This document shows, piece after piece, positions 1 to 10,543 of a stretch of 49,818 nt of DNA (positions are counted from its first letter, which is position 1; each line of letters begins with the position of its first letter). The notes below the pieces were generated by a model. The model was not told where the DNA came from and did no database searches. It was given only the letters and a program-made list of their open reading frames with translations. Source of the stretch: an uncultured delta proteobacterium (GTDB taxonomy: Bacteria; Myxococcota; Kuafuiibacteriia; Kuafuiibacteriales; Kuafuiibacteriaceae). A program made the position numbers and the translations under genes. Location of the stretch: assembly GCA_963803435.1 (NCBI GenBank), contig CAWDML010000013.1:1-49818 (forward strand). Direction: 5' to 3'.

Positions 1-209
1 ACCAACAGGGACGCACAACACCGCCGGCGTGATGTCGGGCTTCGAGGAGTACGTGCGGGGGGACGGTGCGCGCGAGGAGTTGCTCCTGCCCCGGCTCGAG
101 CGCGTCTGCCGCGACGGAACCCGCTCCTCCTGGTGAAGGCGAAGGAAAGCGGCAAAACGCCGACCGCGATCGCGTACGAGCGGGTGGAGCGGCAGATTAC
201 CAGGATTGA
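1..209 (+). CDS. 3' end of a gene running off the window edge; weak resemblance to the C-terminus of Glu/Leu/Phe/Val dehydrogenases; frameshifted
   Basis: Frame 2 reads PTGTHNTAGVMSGFEEY..., then shifts to LLVKAKESGKTPTAIAYERVERQI, similar to the NAGGVI...GITP..AA...A tail of amino-acid dehydrogenases. End position approximate. Confidence 0.3.
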
Positions 210-237
210 GGACGGCGCGGAACACGCCGAGCCCCGC

Positions 238-1476
238 TCAGGGCCAGAGGAGCTTCGCCAGCGCCCGCACACGGTCGGCGCTCAGCGACAGATGAGCCTG
301 CTGGTCGTTCGCGGTCGCGAGGTCGGCGGCCGCGCGCTCGACGACCGCGGCCACGTCGCGAGAGACGACCTCGTCCGGCGGCGGTGCGCGAGCGCGTCTT
401 CGATGAAGCGCTCCGGGTGGGCGGAATAGAGCTGGCTCGAGAGCGCGTCGAAGAGCGCTTCCTCGAGCCGCCGCGCCGCGATGTCGGGGCGTTCGGCCTC
501 CAGCATCACCTCGGCTTGCTGTAGTCCTACCCGAGCGCAGGCGCTATGAAACCGCGAGACCACCCCGCCGAGATCCATCGTCTCGAGGCTGAGGCCTTCG
601 GCGAGCGCCGCCTTGGCGAGCTTGGCCACCTCGCCGAGCCGCCGGGCGTGGGCATCCTGCCCAGCGAGTTCACCAAGGTCTCCGCGGATTCGATGTTCGA
701 AACGCGTCCGGCGATACCACCTGCGCTTCCGCCGCCGCTCGCGCCGGGATGGGTCGTCCGGTCGCCGCCGCGAACGCATCCACCTCGGCCAGGACCTCGC
801 GCGGACCACCGCTCTGGGCGCCGGCCTCTTGCCCCGTCGCGGCCGCCTCCAGCGCCTGGCGGATGAAACCGTCGGCGAGCGCCTCGGCGCGGCCCTGGAG
901 CTCGCGATCACCGGTGGCGATCGCGAAGTCGCGGATCATCGTCACCGAGTCCCTCATGTACCAGCATCCGTCTGCGTGAGCTGCTCTCGGATCCTCGAGC
1001 GGTGAGTGCGCAAGCATCTCGAGGGCCTGCGCCCGCATGGCCTGTCGAAGGGGAGTTGGCAGCTCTACGCCGTGCTCCCTCCCCAGCGTGATCATCAGAC
1101 GAAACTCCTCGTCCCCGAAGCTCCAGCGCTCTGCTGTGGAACCTGGCGGACGTCCGAGGTAGCTGTCAGCGAGCCGCGTCGCGAGCTCGATAGCGAACGC
1201 CTTCACGGCGGGCCCTTCGACCCCCGCGGCCTCGGCGAGCTTCTGCGGGAGCTCGAGCGTCAGCGCCATGCCCTTCAGACTTCCCCAGAGCTGGCGCACG
1301 TCGGTGCGGAGGACTTCCCGGCCGAAGTTCGCCTCGTCGGTGGCCGCCTTGCCCAGCCGAGCTCGGGCGGCTTCTTCACCGAGTACCGCTGTCAGAAGAC
1401 GAGCGACCGCGCCCACCTGCTCGGTCAGCGGGTGCCCACCCTCGGACTTCAGCGCGCTCGCGATCGCGTCGGCTAG
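238..1476 (-). pseudogene. Helical hypothetical protein, 5'-truncated at the IS630 CTAG, with two frameshifts (~700, ~385)
   Basis: ORF 670-1416 stays open upstream to the CTAG (LADAIASALKSEGGHPLTEQV) with GC-rich third positions. It continues in the 282-911 frame (FEHRIRGDLGEL...FIEDALA), then in a third frame (PPDEVVSRD...AKLLWP*) to TGA at 238-240. Confidence 0.55.
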
Positions 1477-2661
1477 TCAGCTGGATCACTGATTTCTAGC
1501 GCATTTATCCGCGGTGGACCTGCTTTGTGCGTCTGCCGAAATCCATGATCTTGTCGAGGATCTCGTCGGCCGTCTTCGTCCATACGAAGGGCTTGCCTTC
1601 TTCGTTGTGCACTTCGACGTAGTCGACGATCGCCTTGCGAAGTACCGGGACGCTGGTGTGGGAGCCGCGAGTGAGTGCTTCCTCGGTCAGCAGTGCGAAG
1701 AACCGTTCCACCAGGTTTAGCCATGAGGAATAGGTTGGTGTGAAGTGGAGCTGGAAGCGCGGATTGCGTAGCAGCCACCTCTTAACCTGTGGAGTCTTGT
1801 GCGTCGCGAGGTTGTCGAGGATGACGTGAACGTCAAGTTCCGGCTCTACCGCGTTGTCGATCGTCCCGAGGAATGCGACGAAGTCCTTCGCTCGGTGTCG
1901 TGCCTTGGTCTGCGCGATGACCTTGCCCGTGGCGACGTTGAGGGCGGCGAAGAGGTCGAGCGTTCCGTGGCGGATGTAGTTGTGGGTCTGTCGCTCGGGC
2001 ATCCCGAGATCCATCGGAAGGATCGGTTGAGCACGCTCCAGCGCCTGGACCTGCGGCTTCTCGTCGAAGGAGAACACGACAGCGTTGTCGGGCGGGCTCA
2101 TGTACAGACCGACGACGTCGCGAATCTTCGAGATGAACTGCGGATCGTTCGACAACTTGAAACCGCGAACGACGTGGGGCTTGAGGCCATGCGCCCGCCA
2201 GATCCGTCCGACGCTACTGGCGCTCACCCCGGCATTCTTTGCCATCTTCCGCGTGCTCCAATGCGTACGGCCCTTCGGCGTCGTTTCCAGCGTTTGCACC
2301 ACGATCTCTTCAACCTGATCATCACTGATCTTTCGCGGAGCGCCGACGCGAGGCTGGTCGTACAGCCCCTCGAGACGGCACTCCGCAAACCGCCTTCTCC
2401 ACAGACGAACGGTGTGGTGAGACACGTGATGGTTCCGCGCCACCGCCGCATCGGTCGCGCCAGTGGAACTGCTCAGCACCAGTTTCGCGCGAAGTGCCAG
2501 CTGTCGATTCGACCGCACGCGACGAGTCAATCGTTCGAGCTCGCGCTGTTCGTCGTCAGTCAGCGTGATCTCCGTTTTTCGAGGTCCTTTGTTCGCCCCC
2601 ACGAACCACGTAGATCACACAAAGGATCTACACGCTAGAGATTTCGGACCCGGCTGACTAG
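1473..2661 (-). mobile_element. IS630-family insertion sequence, copy 1
   Basis: CTAG at both ends (1473-1476, 2658-2661). Imperfect ~29-bp inverted ends: CTAGTCAGCTGGATCACTGATTTCTAGCG versus revcomp CTAGTCAGCCGGGTCCGAAATCTCTAGCG. Encodes an IS630 transposase. Confidence 0.95.
1505..2602 (-). CDS. IS630-family transposase (365 aa, intact)
   Basis: N-terminal HTH region (RTHWSTRKMA); DDE residues in FSFDEKPQVQAL, VILDNLATHK and SSWLNLVERFF. Confidence 0.95.
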   Translation of the reverse strand: MGANKGPRKTEITLTDDEQRELERLTRRVRSNRQLALRAKLVLSSSTGATDAAVARNHHVSHHTVRLWRRRFAECRLEGLYDQPRVGAPRKISDDQVEEIVVQTLETTPKGRTHWSTRKMAKNAGVSASSVGRIWRAHGLKPHVVRGFKLSNDPQFISKIRDVVGLYMSPPDNAVVFSFDEKPQVQALERAQPILPMDLGMPERQTHNYIRHGTLDLFAALNVATGKVIAQTKARHRAKDFVAFLGTIDNAVEPELDVHVILDNLATHKTPQVKRWLLRNPRFQLHFTPTYSSWLNLVERFFALLTEEALTRGSHTSVPVLRKAIVDYVEVHNEEGKPFVWTKTADEILDKIMDFGRRTKQVHRG

Positions 2662-2727
2662 GAGCGTGTAGCGCGTAAGCGCTCACGCGACCCCGGTCCG
2701 GGTCCCGGTCCCGGTCCGGGTCCCGAT
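2658..2727. repeat. ~70-bp terminal repeat of the IS1182-like element with (GGTCCC/GGTCCG)n hexamer array
   Basis: CTAGGAGCGTGTAGCGCGTAAGCGCTCACGCGACCCCGGTCCGGGTCCCGGTCCCGGTCCGGGTCCCGAT; matches 36517-36585 and the reverse complement of 38197-38266. Confidence 0.9.
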
Positions 2728-3305
2728 CTGAAGATGGCTGCCTTGAGTCAGACGCTCGCGACGGTCGCGAGCTTCGATCGGTAGAGCTTGAGCAGGTTGT
2801 GGGTGAGGCAGACGAGCGTCCACTCGGCTCGTACCTTGAAGAAGGAGCGTAGCGAGAACCGGCGGAATCCTCGTGCCCCTTTGATCTGTCCGAGCGCCGG
2901 TTCGACGATACTCTTCCTGCGGGCGTAGACCGCCTTGCCGTCGCGCGTTTGCAACTTGTCTCGCATTCGCTTGCGAGCGAGCGAGGCAGGTGTGGGCTCC
3001 GAAGCTGATGAGGACGGAGTCGACGCGTCTTGGTTCTGTTCGCGTCCAACAGCGATGTGGGCATCGATCTGATTGTTGTCGCAGAATTCGATGTTGGTCG
3101 CGCTCGCTTCTGCTCCACCCGATCCACAAGAGCATCATCCGCTTTGCTCTGCTGCTCTTCGGCTTGCCTGCGCAATTTCTCCGCGCGAGCCCTGGCGGCA
3201 TCCTGTTCCAGCGCAGCCTTCGCTTCTCGAATGCGGGCAAGGCGGGATTCGCGGCGAGCGAGCTCCGCTGGGATGTCCTCTTCAGTCTCTTCAACGCCCA
3301 GCCCG
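2658..3305 (-). mobile_element. Truncated, internally deleted IS1182-like element (right end plus transposase 3' fragments)
   Basis: Near-identical reverse complement of parts of 37353-38266. Encodes EDIPAELARRESRLARIREAKAALE and VYARRKSIVEPALGQIK...EWTLVCLTHNLLKL. Lacks the left end. Confidence 0.85.
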
Positions 3306-3379
3306 TGGCTTTGAGAATTACGCTCGGGTTACCGGAGCTGTGTGCTTCAGGACACGCGAAGGGCGCAGATCGCGCGAGC

Positions 3380-3889
3380 TCAGGGCGGGCAGTCGGAGGC
3401 CAGCACGCAGCCCTCGTAGCAGACGTCCTGGTAGCCGATCACGTACGGGCCCTCGCACAGCGGAGGCGCCTGCCGGCATCCCAGGTGCGCGTCGGAGCAG
3501 TCGGCGGCACCGTCCGCGCAGCGATCGAAGTACGCGCAGCAGCCGAGCGCGTCGCATTCGCAGAAGTGATCGTCGCGAAAAACGCGATGACAGTCGGTGC
3601 GGGCCGCGCAGGCGCTCGCGTCGAGCTGTCCGCAGTCGGCCTGGGGACAGACGAGCTCGGGACAGGACGGGACGAAGCCGGGTCCGCTGCAGTCGGCGAA
3701 GAGGACGGCGCCGTCGCAGTCCCGGCAGACCTCCCAGGAGCAACCTGCGGCGGCGCACTCGGCTTCGTGCGCGATCTGCTCGCAGGTCGGTGAGACGCCG
3801 GCGTCGGTCCCGGCGATGGTCTCGAGCTCGGTCGTGGGTGCTTCACCGCAGGCGGCCGCGACGAGGAGGAGGGTGAGGGCGCGACGCAT
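3380..3889 (-). CDS. Cys-rich lipoprotein
   Basis: MRRALTLLLVAAAC lipobox-like signal followed by a Cys-dense mature domain. Confidence 0.75.
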   Translation of the reverse strand: MRRALTLLLVAAACGEAPTTELETIAGTDAGVSPTCEQIAHEAECAAAGCSWEVCRDCDGAVLFADCSGPGFVPSCPELVCPQADCGQLDASACAARTDCHRVFRDDHFCECDALGCCAYFDRCADGAADCSDAHLGCRQAPPLCEGPYVIGYQDVCYEGCVLASDCPP

Positions 3890-3967
3890 GAGGCCCGCGG
3901 GTACAAGAAGCGCACCGAGTCGAACGCCTCCTGCGCCGCGCCCGGCTCCTCAGAAATCTGAGCACGC

Positions 3968-6242
3968 TCAGAGGGGGCGGCCGAGGAGGTCGAGCAGCGC
4001 CAGGCAGCGCTGGACGAGCCAGCCGCCGATGACGAACAGCAGGAACACACGGAAGCCGAGCCACGCGAAGCGGCCGGCCGTCGCGAAGAAGCGGCTCTCG
4101 ATCCCCTCGGCGACGGCCGCCCTGGCGGTGCGCAGCCGCGCTTCGATCGCCTCGAGGTTCGAGCGCCCGAGCGCGCGTGCGGCGCCGATCAAGCGTGCCG
4201 TCCGTCCGTTGCCGAGGGCGAGCAGGAGGCAGGCGATCGCGAGCGCCCAACCGATCGAGGCGCCGCCGAACGGCATCACGACCGCGGCCGCCAGACCGCC
4301 CGCAGCCTGCGGCCAGCGGCGCACCCCGGCGGCGCGAAGCGCGACGAAGGCGCAGCCTGCCATCGCCAGCGTCAGGAGCACTTGCACCAAGAGCACCAGC
4401 GGCGTGCGCGCGAACCAGAAGCTCGCCACCACCGGGCGATCCGCCTCGACCCAGTAGCTCTGGATCGACAGCTCTTTGCCGGCCTCCGGGACCGAGACGC
4501 GGACCGGCACGGCGCCCGAGGCGCGGCCGGCGCGGAGCGCAGCGCGATGCTCGTCGGAGATGCCGTTGTCGAGGCCCTGCGCCATCATCTCGAGGGCGTC
4601 GGAATCGCCGTCGTCCTGGTAGTAGCCCATGGCGCGGTGCCAGCTGGCATTCTTCACGAAGACCTGGGGCGCGTGATCGGTGCGGAGCGAGCTGGTCTCG
4701 TAGCCACCGGGGGCGAAGACGTGCCAGCTCAGGCTCGCGATGGGCGCATCGAGGCGCGGGAGCGAGAGATCGCTCTTGCCCGCGGCGCCGAGGGCCGGGA
4801 GGCGCTCCTCGTACACGATCTGGACGCGGAACGGGACCAGGTCACCGCCGTCGCTCTTCGAGCGCACCAGCGGGATCAACACGCGCCCGTTCTTGTCGCG
4901 GCTGGGCTTGATCGGCTCGCCGTCGATCGAGGCGCTCTTCACCTCGACGGCGTCGCCCAGCGCGACCGCCAGGTACTGCCGCAGGTTGTTGCGGATGCTG
5001 AAGCGCGCCTCCGTCATCGCCCGGCCGTCGGCGGTGACGACGGTGTTGGCGCGCAGGAGATCGACGCCACCCGAGGCCAGCGTCGCCTCCGGGTAACGCG
5101 CGATCGTGACCCACACCGGGCTGCGCGTGTCGGCGTAGCGGAACGCGCGCACCACCGGACACACGCTGTTCTCGACGATCGCGCCGGGGAGCTCGCGCAC
5201 GTCGATGGGCACCAGACCGTCGCCCTCGACCTCCTCCACCGAGAGCTTGCCGGTGATCTCCATGGCCACGTATCCAGTGTCGCGCTCGACGTCGAGCAGG
5301 CGGAGCACGGGCAGCAGCACGCGCTGGTCGCCGGGCGCCAGCGTGCGCTTGAGCCGGAGCGAGAATCTCGTACCGATCGACCATGCCGAACGCCGTCTCA
5401 CCGATCAGCACCGGCTTGTGATCGATCGTCTCGACCCGGTAGCGGAACGCGCCCTGGCCGTCCGCGCTCACGATGTCGTAGCCGGCGGGCAGCTCGATCC
5501 GGAAGCGCTTCTCGGCGGCGTAGAGGATCGTGAAGTGCGCCACCGAGAACAGCTCGAGGCCATCCTCGGAGAGCGAGACCAGGTTCTCGGTCTCACCGTA
5601 GACCTTGGCCGGGCGGCCGTCGTCGTCGCCCTTGACGTCGTGAAAGCCGACCAGGTGGATCTCGCTCGTCGGCTGGAGGACCGCCTCGAGCTCGGTGCCG
5701 CCGCGGACCGCGGCCACCTTGGAGGTGACAGCGCCGTTCACGCGCGGCGAGAGCCCCTCGTAGGGGAAGAAGGCGATCAGCTGCGTCACCGGGCTCTCGA
5801 TCACGCCGAAGCCGTACTCGATCGATCCGCGGGGACCGCGGGGCGGAACGACGAAGTCGACGGTCAGCTCCATCGGCCCGCTCTCGTCGGTGTACCAGAC
5901 CCAGCGCGCGCCCTGCTGCACCAGCGCGATCGCTTCGCTGCCCTTCTTCGCGGAGAGCACCACGGCGTCGGACCCGATCACCGGGACCGCCTTGAAGACC
6001 TTGGCGGCGCCGAGCTGCACGTGCAGGCGGAGCTGCATGTGGAGGTTCTTGCCGTCCGAGCGCCCGCTGTAGATCGTCTCGCCGACCACCACGCCGGCGC
6101 CGCGCGCCGCCGACGACTGCGCCTGCTGGAGCGCCTCCAGCTCGGCTTTCTTCTTCTGATACTCCGCGAGCGGGATGGTGACCTCGCCCGCGCTCGCCGC
6201 GCTCGATGAGAGGAGGATCGCGATCAGGATCGCATCACGCAT
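3968..6242 (-). CDS. Large exported protein with C-terminal membrane segments; paralog of 6235-8712; one frameshift at ~5365
   Basis: Signal peptide MRDAILIAILLSSSAASA. Frames 4842-6242 and 3968-5401 join at YEI/SLRLKR. Shares TVVT.dG...T......RNN.RQYL.V.L with the upstream gene. Hydrophobic C-terminus. Confidence 0.75.
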
Positions 6243-8712
6243 GGCTCACCTCCCGGGTACGCACCGCCACGATCACCAGCGCGACGAAGAGGAAGGAGGA
6301 CAGGAGCAGGGGATAGGTGAGCGCCAGCGTCAGCACCAGGCCGGCCACGAACAACCGGAGCAGCGTGCGGCCGGTCCAGAGCCGCTCTAAGCGCAGCGCG
6401 CGCGCCGAGTCCGCCAGCGACCGCGAACGCGCCGCCACGAGCGACGGGAGGACGGCCAGCGCCACCCCGGCGTCGACCCCCAGCAACGACCAGCGGTGCA
6501 CGCCGAGGACGTAGTCTCCGGCGATCGCGAGGACGATCAGGCCGCCGAGCGCCGCCCAGGGCGCATCGGTCTTGAGCGCCTCGGCCAGCCCCCTCTTGCG
6601 GGCGATCCGCGCCAACCGAAGTGACAGCAGCAGCGCCAGCAGGAACGCGGCGATCCGAACCACGGGGAGCAGCGACGAGCGGGCGTAGACCAGCTCGAGG
6701 TGCCCCTGCTCCTCGCCGAGGAGCACGCGAGAGAAGCGGAAGCGCTCGCCGACCAGCGGGAACGCCGAGAGGACCTCGGAGACCTGCTTCTGTTGCTCCT
6801 CGCGGTAGATCTGCTTCCGCGACTCGAGGATGTTCTGGTAGCCCTCGAAGCTGCCGCTGCCGGCCCACGCGTTCTCCACCTCCAGCGCGTGGTCGATGAA
6901 CCAGCGGATCCGGCGCAGCGGGTCGTACCGGACGGAGGTCAGCTGCGTCAGGTTCGACTCGAACGTGAGCGGCTCGAACGAGCTGGGGAAGTAGAAGTGC
7001 CAGGTCGCCGACATGACGCCCACGTCGAGCCCCGGAAGCACGACGGAGCGACTCCCCACCGCGACCAGCGGCGCCGCGTGCACCTTGTAGGCGAGCTCCA
7101 CGACGAAGTTGCTCTCCTCGAACTTCACGCCGCGCGACTCGTTCGGGATCGCGAGCGTCATCCCCACCGACAGCCCCTGCGGTCCCGCGATGCCGGGGTT
7201 GTTGTCGAGGATCGTCTGCCAGCCCTCGGGGCGGCCCATGTACATGAGCGCGATCTCGCCCAGCGTCTCGCCGGGCTGCACCACATGGCGGCGGTTGCCG
7301 TCGGCCAGCCGCTCGGACTGTCGGAGCGGTACCAACAGACGCGCACCCTCGCCTTCGCCGGCCATCGCGGGCTGGAACGGGACGCCGTCGATCAGCGCGT
7401 GGATCACGACCGCGCCGTCGGGGAGGCGGACGCCCAGATACTGGCGGGTGTTGTTGCGGACGTAGAGGCGGAGCTTCGTCACCTCGACGCCCTCCTCGGT
7501 GACGACGGTCGAGGCCTCCAGATCGTCGATGATCGCCTGCGTCAGCGGGATCTCCGCGTTGCGCGCGATCGACAGCGTGATGGCGGGCCAGGCGCTGGCG
7601 CTGCCGCGATAGGCGAAGAGGAGCGGCTTGTCGGACATGTCGCGGAGCGCGGCCGGCACCTCGCGCACGCCCACCTCGCGCGCGCCGTCGACCTTGCTGA
7701 CCTCGATCGCGAAGCCGGCGCGGCCCTCGACCGCGACAGTGGCCTCGCGCAGCGACGCGTCGATCGGCCGCACGAACAACAGCTCTGCCTCGCTGCGCCC
7801 GGTGAACGGCGCCTGCGTCTCCACTGTGAAGGCGACCTGATCGGCGACCAGGTGTTTGAGGAGCACGATCAGGCGCCCCTTCCCTTCGTCGTTGCTGGTG
7901 TACCACTGGAGGATCGCGTCGCCGTTCACCGCCGAGACCTCGACGCCCGGCGGGAGCTGGACCTCCACGCGGTCCGTCTCGCCCGACACCAGGCGGTACT
8001 CGAGGCGCGTCCGGCTCCGCACCACCTCGTCCTCGATCCCCACCAGCGCGAGGGCGCGCGCCTCCATCTCGCGCACGCGATCGCCCGAGTGCACGGCCTT
8101 TCGCCGCCAGCCCACGACCAGCCGATCGCGCCCGTCGATCGCGCCGTGGACCAGCGTGCGCCCGCCCGACTCGGTCTGCTCGTTGATGACGCCGCCGTCG
8201 ATCGTGACCTCGAGATCGCGCTCGGGAAGATCGATCTTCACGTCCGACACCGGGACCGCCGGCAGGACCAGCGAGAATGCCCGCGCGAAGCGCGCCTGCT
8301 CGTGTCCCAGCGCGAAGCCGATCTCGATCTCGGCCGGGCCGCGCTGCTGGATCGGGACGACGTAGTACCCGCCGGTCCGCACCGCGACCGCCTTCTGACC
8401 GTCGACCTTCACCTCCGCCAGGGAGGCCTCACCGTCGAGGACCGGCACGACCACCGGCTCGTCGCCCAGGACCGAGCACCTCAGGACCAGCCGGCCCTTG
8501 AGGACGCCCCGGTCGAAGTGCACGTCGAGGCTCCGCGATCGGTACGCCACGGCCGCGGGCGGCGACGGCTTCTGCTGGAGCGCCTCGATCTGGCCGAGGA
8601 GCGCCTGCCACTCGTCGAGCGGGAGCCGGACCTGCCCGGGGGGCTGCTGGGCCGCGGCGACGGAGGGAAGGAGGAGAGCGAAGAGGGTCGTGAGAGCTCG
8701 CACCTTGGACAT
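6235..8712 (-). CDS. Large exported protein with an internal LysM domain and C-terminal TM helices
   Basis: Signal peptide MSKVRALTTLFALLLPSVAAA (ATG 8712). LysM: RHVVQPGETLGEIALMYMGRPEGWQTILDNNPGIAGPQGLSVGMTLAIP. Several TM-like helices at the C-terminus. Overlaps the start of the next gene by 8 nt. Confidence 0.85.
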   Translation of the reverse strand: MSKVRALTTLFALLLPSVAAAQQPPGQVRLPLDEWQALLGQIEALQQKPSPPAAVAYRSRSLDVHFDRGVLKGRLVLRCSVLGDEPVVVPVLDGEASLAEVKVDGQKAVAVRTGGYYVVPIQQRGPAEIEIGFALGHEQARFARAFSLVLPAVPVSDVKIDLPERDLEVTIDGGVINEQTESGGRTLVHGAIDGRDRLVVGWRRKAVHSGDRVREMEARALALVGIEDEVVRSRTRLEYRLVSGETDRVEVQLPPGVEVSAVNGDAILQWYTSNDEGKGRLIVLLKHLVADQVAFTVETQAPFTGRSEAELLFVRPIDASLREATVAVEGRAGFAIEVSKVDGAREVGVREVPAALRDMSDKPLLFAYRGSASAWPAITLSIARNAEIPLTQAIIDDLEASTVVTEEGVEVTKLRLYVRNNTRQYLGVRLPDGAVVIHALIDGVPFQPAMAGEGEGARLLVPLRQSERLADGNRRHVVQPGETLGEIALMYMGRPEGWQTILDNNPGIAGPQGLSVGMTLAIPNESRGVKFEESNFVVELAYKVHAAPLVAVGSRSVVLPGLDVGVMSATWHFYFPSSFEPLTFESNLTQLTSVRYDPLRRIRWFIDHALEVENAWAGSGSFEGYQNILESRKQIYREEQQKQVSEVLSAFPLVGERFRFSRVLLGEEQGHLELVYARSSLLPVVRIAAFLLALLLSLRLARIARKRGLAEALKTDAPWAALGGLIVLAIAGDYVLGVHRWSLLGVDAGVALAVLPSLVAARSRSLADSARALRLERLWTGRTLLRLFVAGLVLTLALTYPLLLSSFLFVALVIVAVRTREVSHA

Positions 8713-8893
8713 CGCGAACGAATGGCGCAGGAGGCGGCATTCCCTTGGTGCCTCCCCCGTGAATCCGAGAACCCAGGCCCACGTCTCAGAAGACGATGAT
8801 GAGTGCAGAGATTCGGGCCCTCCTGATCGAGTGGCTCGAGCTCGCGTCGCGGGATCTGCCCCCGCCCGAGGTCTGGCTCCACGCTGCGTTGGA

Positions 8894-10543
8894 TCAGATC
8901 CCATCGAGCACCCGGCGCACGTCGTCGGCGTCGGGCGCGCCGGGGCGGAGCGCCAAGTAGGTCTTGTAGCTCTTCTGCGCCTCGACGATGTCGCCGAGCG
9001 CCAGCAAAGCGTCCCCGAGCCGCCGGTGGACCTCGGCGTACGCCGGGTTCAGGCGCAACGCCTCGCGGAAGGCGCCGACCGCCTCCTCCGCGTGACGCTC
9101 CCGGAGCGCGCGGTCGCCGTACTGGTAGGCGGCCTGCGCCGTGTTGAAGTTCGGGATCTTCGGCGCGGTGCGCTTCGGCGGCGGCGGCGGCGGCGGCTCG
9201 GGCTCCACGACCGAGCGGATGACCTGGGGCGGTGGCGGCTCCACGACCGCGTGCTGGACGGGGACCTCGACGATGACGCGCTCGGGCTCCCGGCTGGCGC
9301 GGCCGACCAGGAGACCGGCCACGAAGGTCAGCGCGGCCACCAGCGAGACCAGCCCGCCGGCGGCCAGCCAGGTGGGCCCGGTCGTGTGCGCGAGCGACTC
9401 GAACTCGACCTTATGGCTGGCCTCGGTGACGAAGGGGGTGGGGGGAACGACGGCCTTCGCCACGGCGCGGGCGTCGCTGACGGCGTCGGCGCGGATCGGC
9501 TGGCTGCGGGTCGGCTCCACCTTCGGGGGTGGGGTCTGAACCTTGGGCGCCTGCGGTTGATACGCGGTCGGCTCGGGCTCAGGCGGGCTCGCCGGTGGGG
9601 CCCGCATCCGCAGGATCTCGCGGCAGCGCTCCTGCACCTGCTGCGGCTTGGCCCGGGTGCTCTTGTCGTAGGAGAGCATCTCGCCCACGAGCATCTTGAG
9701 GTCGTCGCGGATCTCGATGTCGTCGGGCCAGGACAGCCCGCTTCGGATCTCTTGGACGCGCCGCGTCGGATCCTTCTCGATGAAGGGCTGAATCCCGCTG
9801 ACCATCTCGTAGAGGACGACGCCGAGCGCGAACACGTCCGAGGTGGTGTCGATCTCGTGGCCCTTGAGCGCCTCCGGGGCCATGTATCCGAGCGTGCCGA
9901 TCACGTGCCCGGTCTGGGTGAGCCGGGTGAACTCGTTCGAGCGCGCCAGCCCGAAGTCCATGAGGACGGCGCGTCCGTCAGGCTCGATGCAGAGGTTGGC
10001 CGGCTTGATGTCGCGGTGGAGGACGCCGTTGGCCTCCAGGTACATCAAGGCGTCGGTGACGGACTCGGCCAGGCGGATCGCCTCCATCGCGTCGAAGAGA
10101 CGGCCGGCCTTGAAGCGGATGTCGAGCGTCTCACCCCAGAGCTTCTCCATGACGAAGAACGTCAGGTCGTAACCCATCGGGTGCTTCGCGAAGCCGTAGT
10201 CCCAGAGCTTCACGATCGATCGGTGATCGAGCCGCTTGAGGACCCGGATCTCGTGGGAGAATCGATGACCGGCGTTGCTGTCCGCCAGCTGGAGAAAGCG
10301 CGCCTCGATCGTCTTGAGCGCGAGCTCGTTCTTCTTCTCGTCGACGACGTCGTAGACGATGCCCATGCCGCCGCGACCGAGCGTGCCGGTGACCCGGTAC
10401 TGTCCGATGCGGGTGACCTTGCCGGTGGCGTCGACGTCGACCGGCGCGAGCGGCACACCCATCTCTTCCGCAGTGAGCTCCCCGATCTGGGTCCGCTCGA
10501 GCGGATCAGCGCGACCCGCCATCGTGCGGTTCGAGTTGCTCAC
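8894..10543 (-). CDS. Membrane Ser/Thr protein kinase with Pro-rich linker, TM helix and C-terminal TPR
   Basis: LGRGGMGIVY, ALKTI, HRDIKPAN, DFGLAR, GTLGYMAPE; TM WLAAGGLVSLVAALTFVAGLLVG; TPR AFREALRLNPAYAEVHRRLGDAL. Start uncertain (10522 or 10543). Confidence 0.92.
   Translation of the reverse strand: MSNSNRTMAGRADPLERTQIGELTAEEMGVPLAPVDVDATGKVTRIGQYRVTGTLGRGGMGIVYDVVDEKKNELALKTIEARFLQLADSNAGHRFSHEIRVLKRLDHRSIVKLWDYGFAKHPMGYDLTFFVMEKLWGETLDIRFKAGRLFDAMEAIRLAESVTDALMYLEANGVLHRDIKPANLCIEPDGRAVLMDFGLARSNEFTRLTQTGHVIGTLGYMAPEALKGHEIDTTSDVFALGVVLYEMVSGIQPFIEKDPTRRVQEIRSGLSWPDDIEIRDDLKMLVGEMLSYDKSTRAKPQQVQERCREILRMRAPPASPPEPEPTAYQPQAPKVQTPPPKVEPTRSQPIRADAVSDARAVAKAVVPPTPFVTEASHKVEFESLAHTTGPTWLAAGGLVSLVAALTFVAGLLVGRASREPERVIVEVPVQHAVVEPPPPQVIRSVVEPEPPPPPPPKRTAPKIPNFNTAQAAYQYGDRALRERHAEEAVGAFREALRLNPAYAEVHRRLGDALLALGDIVEAQKSYKTYLALRPGAPDADDVRRVLDGI

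Noticed and set aside
2690-2727. (GGTCCC)n arrays here and at 36550-36585 and 38197-38232 as CRISPR or independent VNTRs
   Set aside because: Hexamer units with no spacers and no cas genes; they are part of the IS1182-like terminal repeats.
8796-8890. MMSAEIRALLIEWLELASRDL as a HEPN-like N-terminal remnant
   Set aside because: Too short, no RxxxxH motif or partner gene; cannot be supported by eye.
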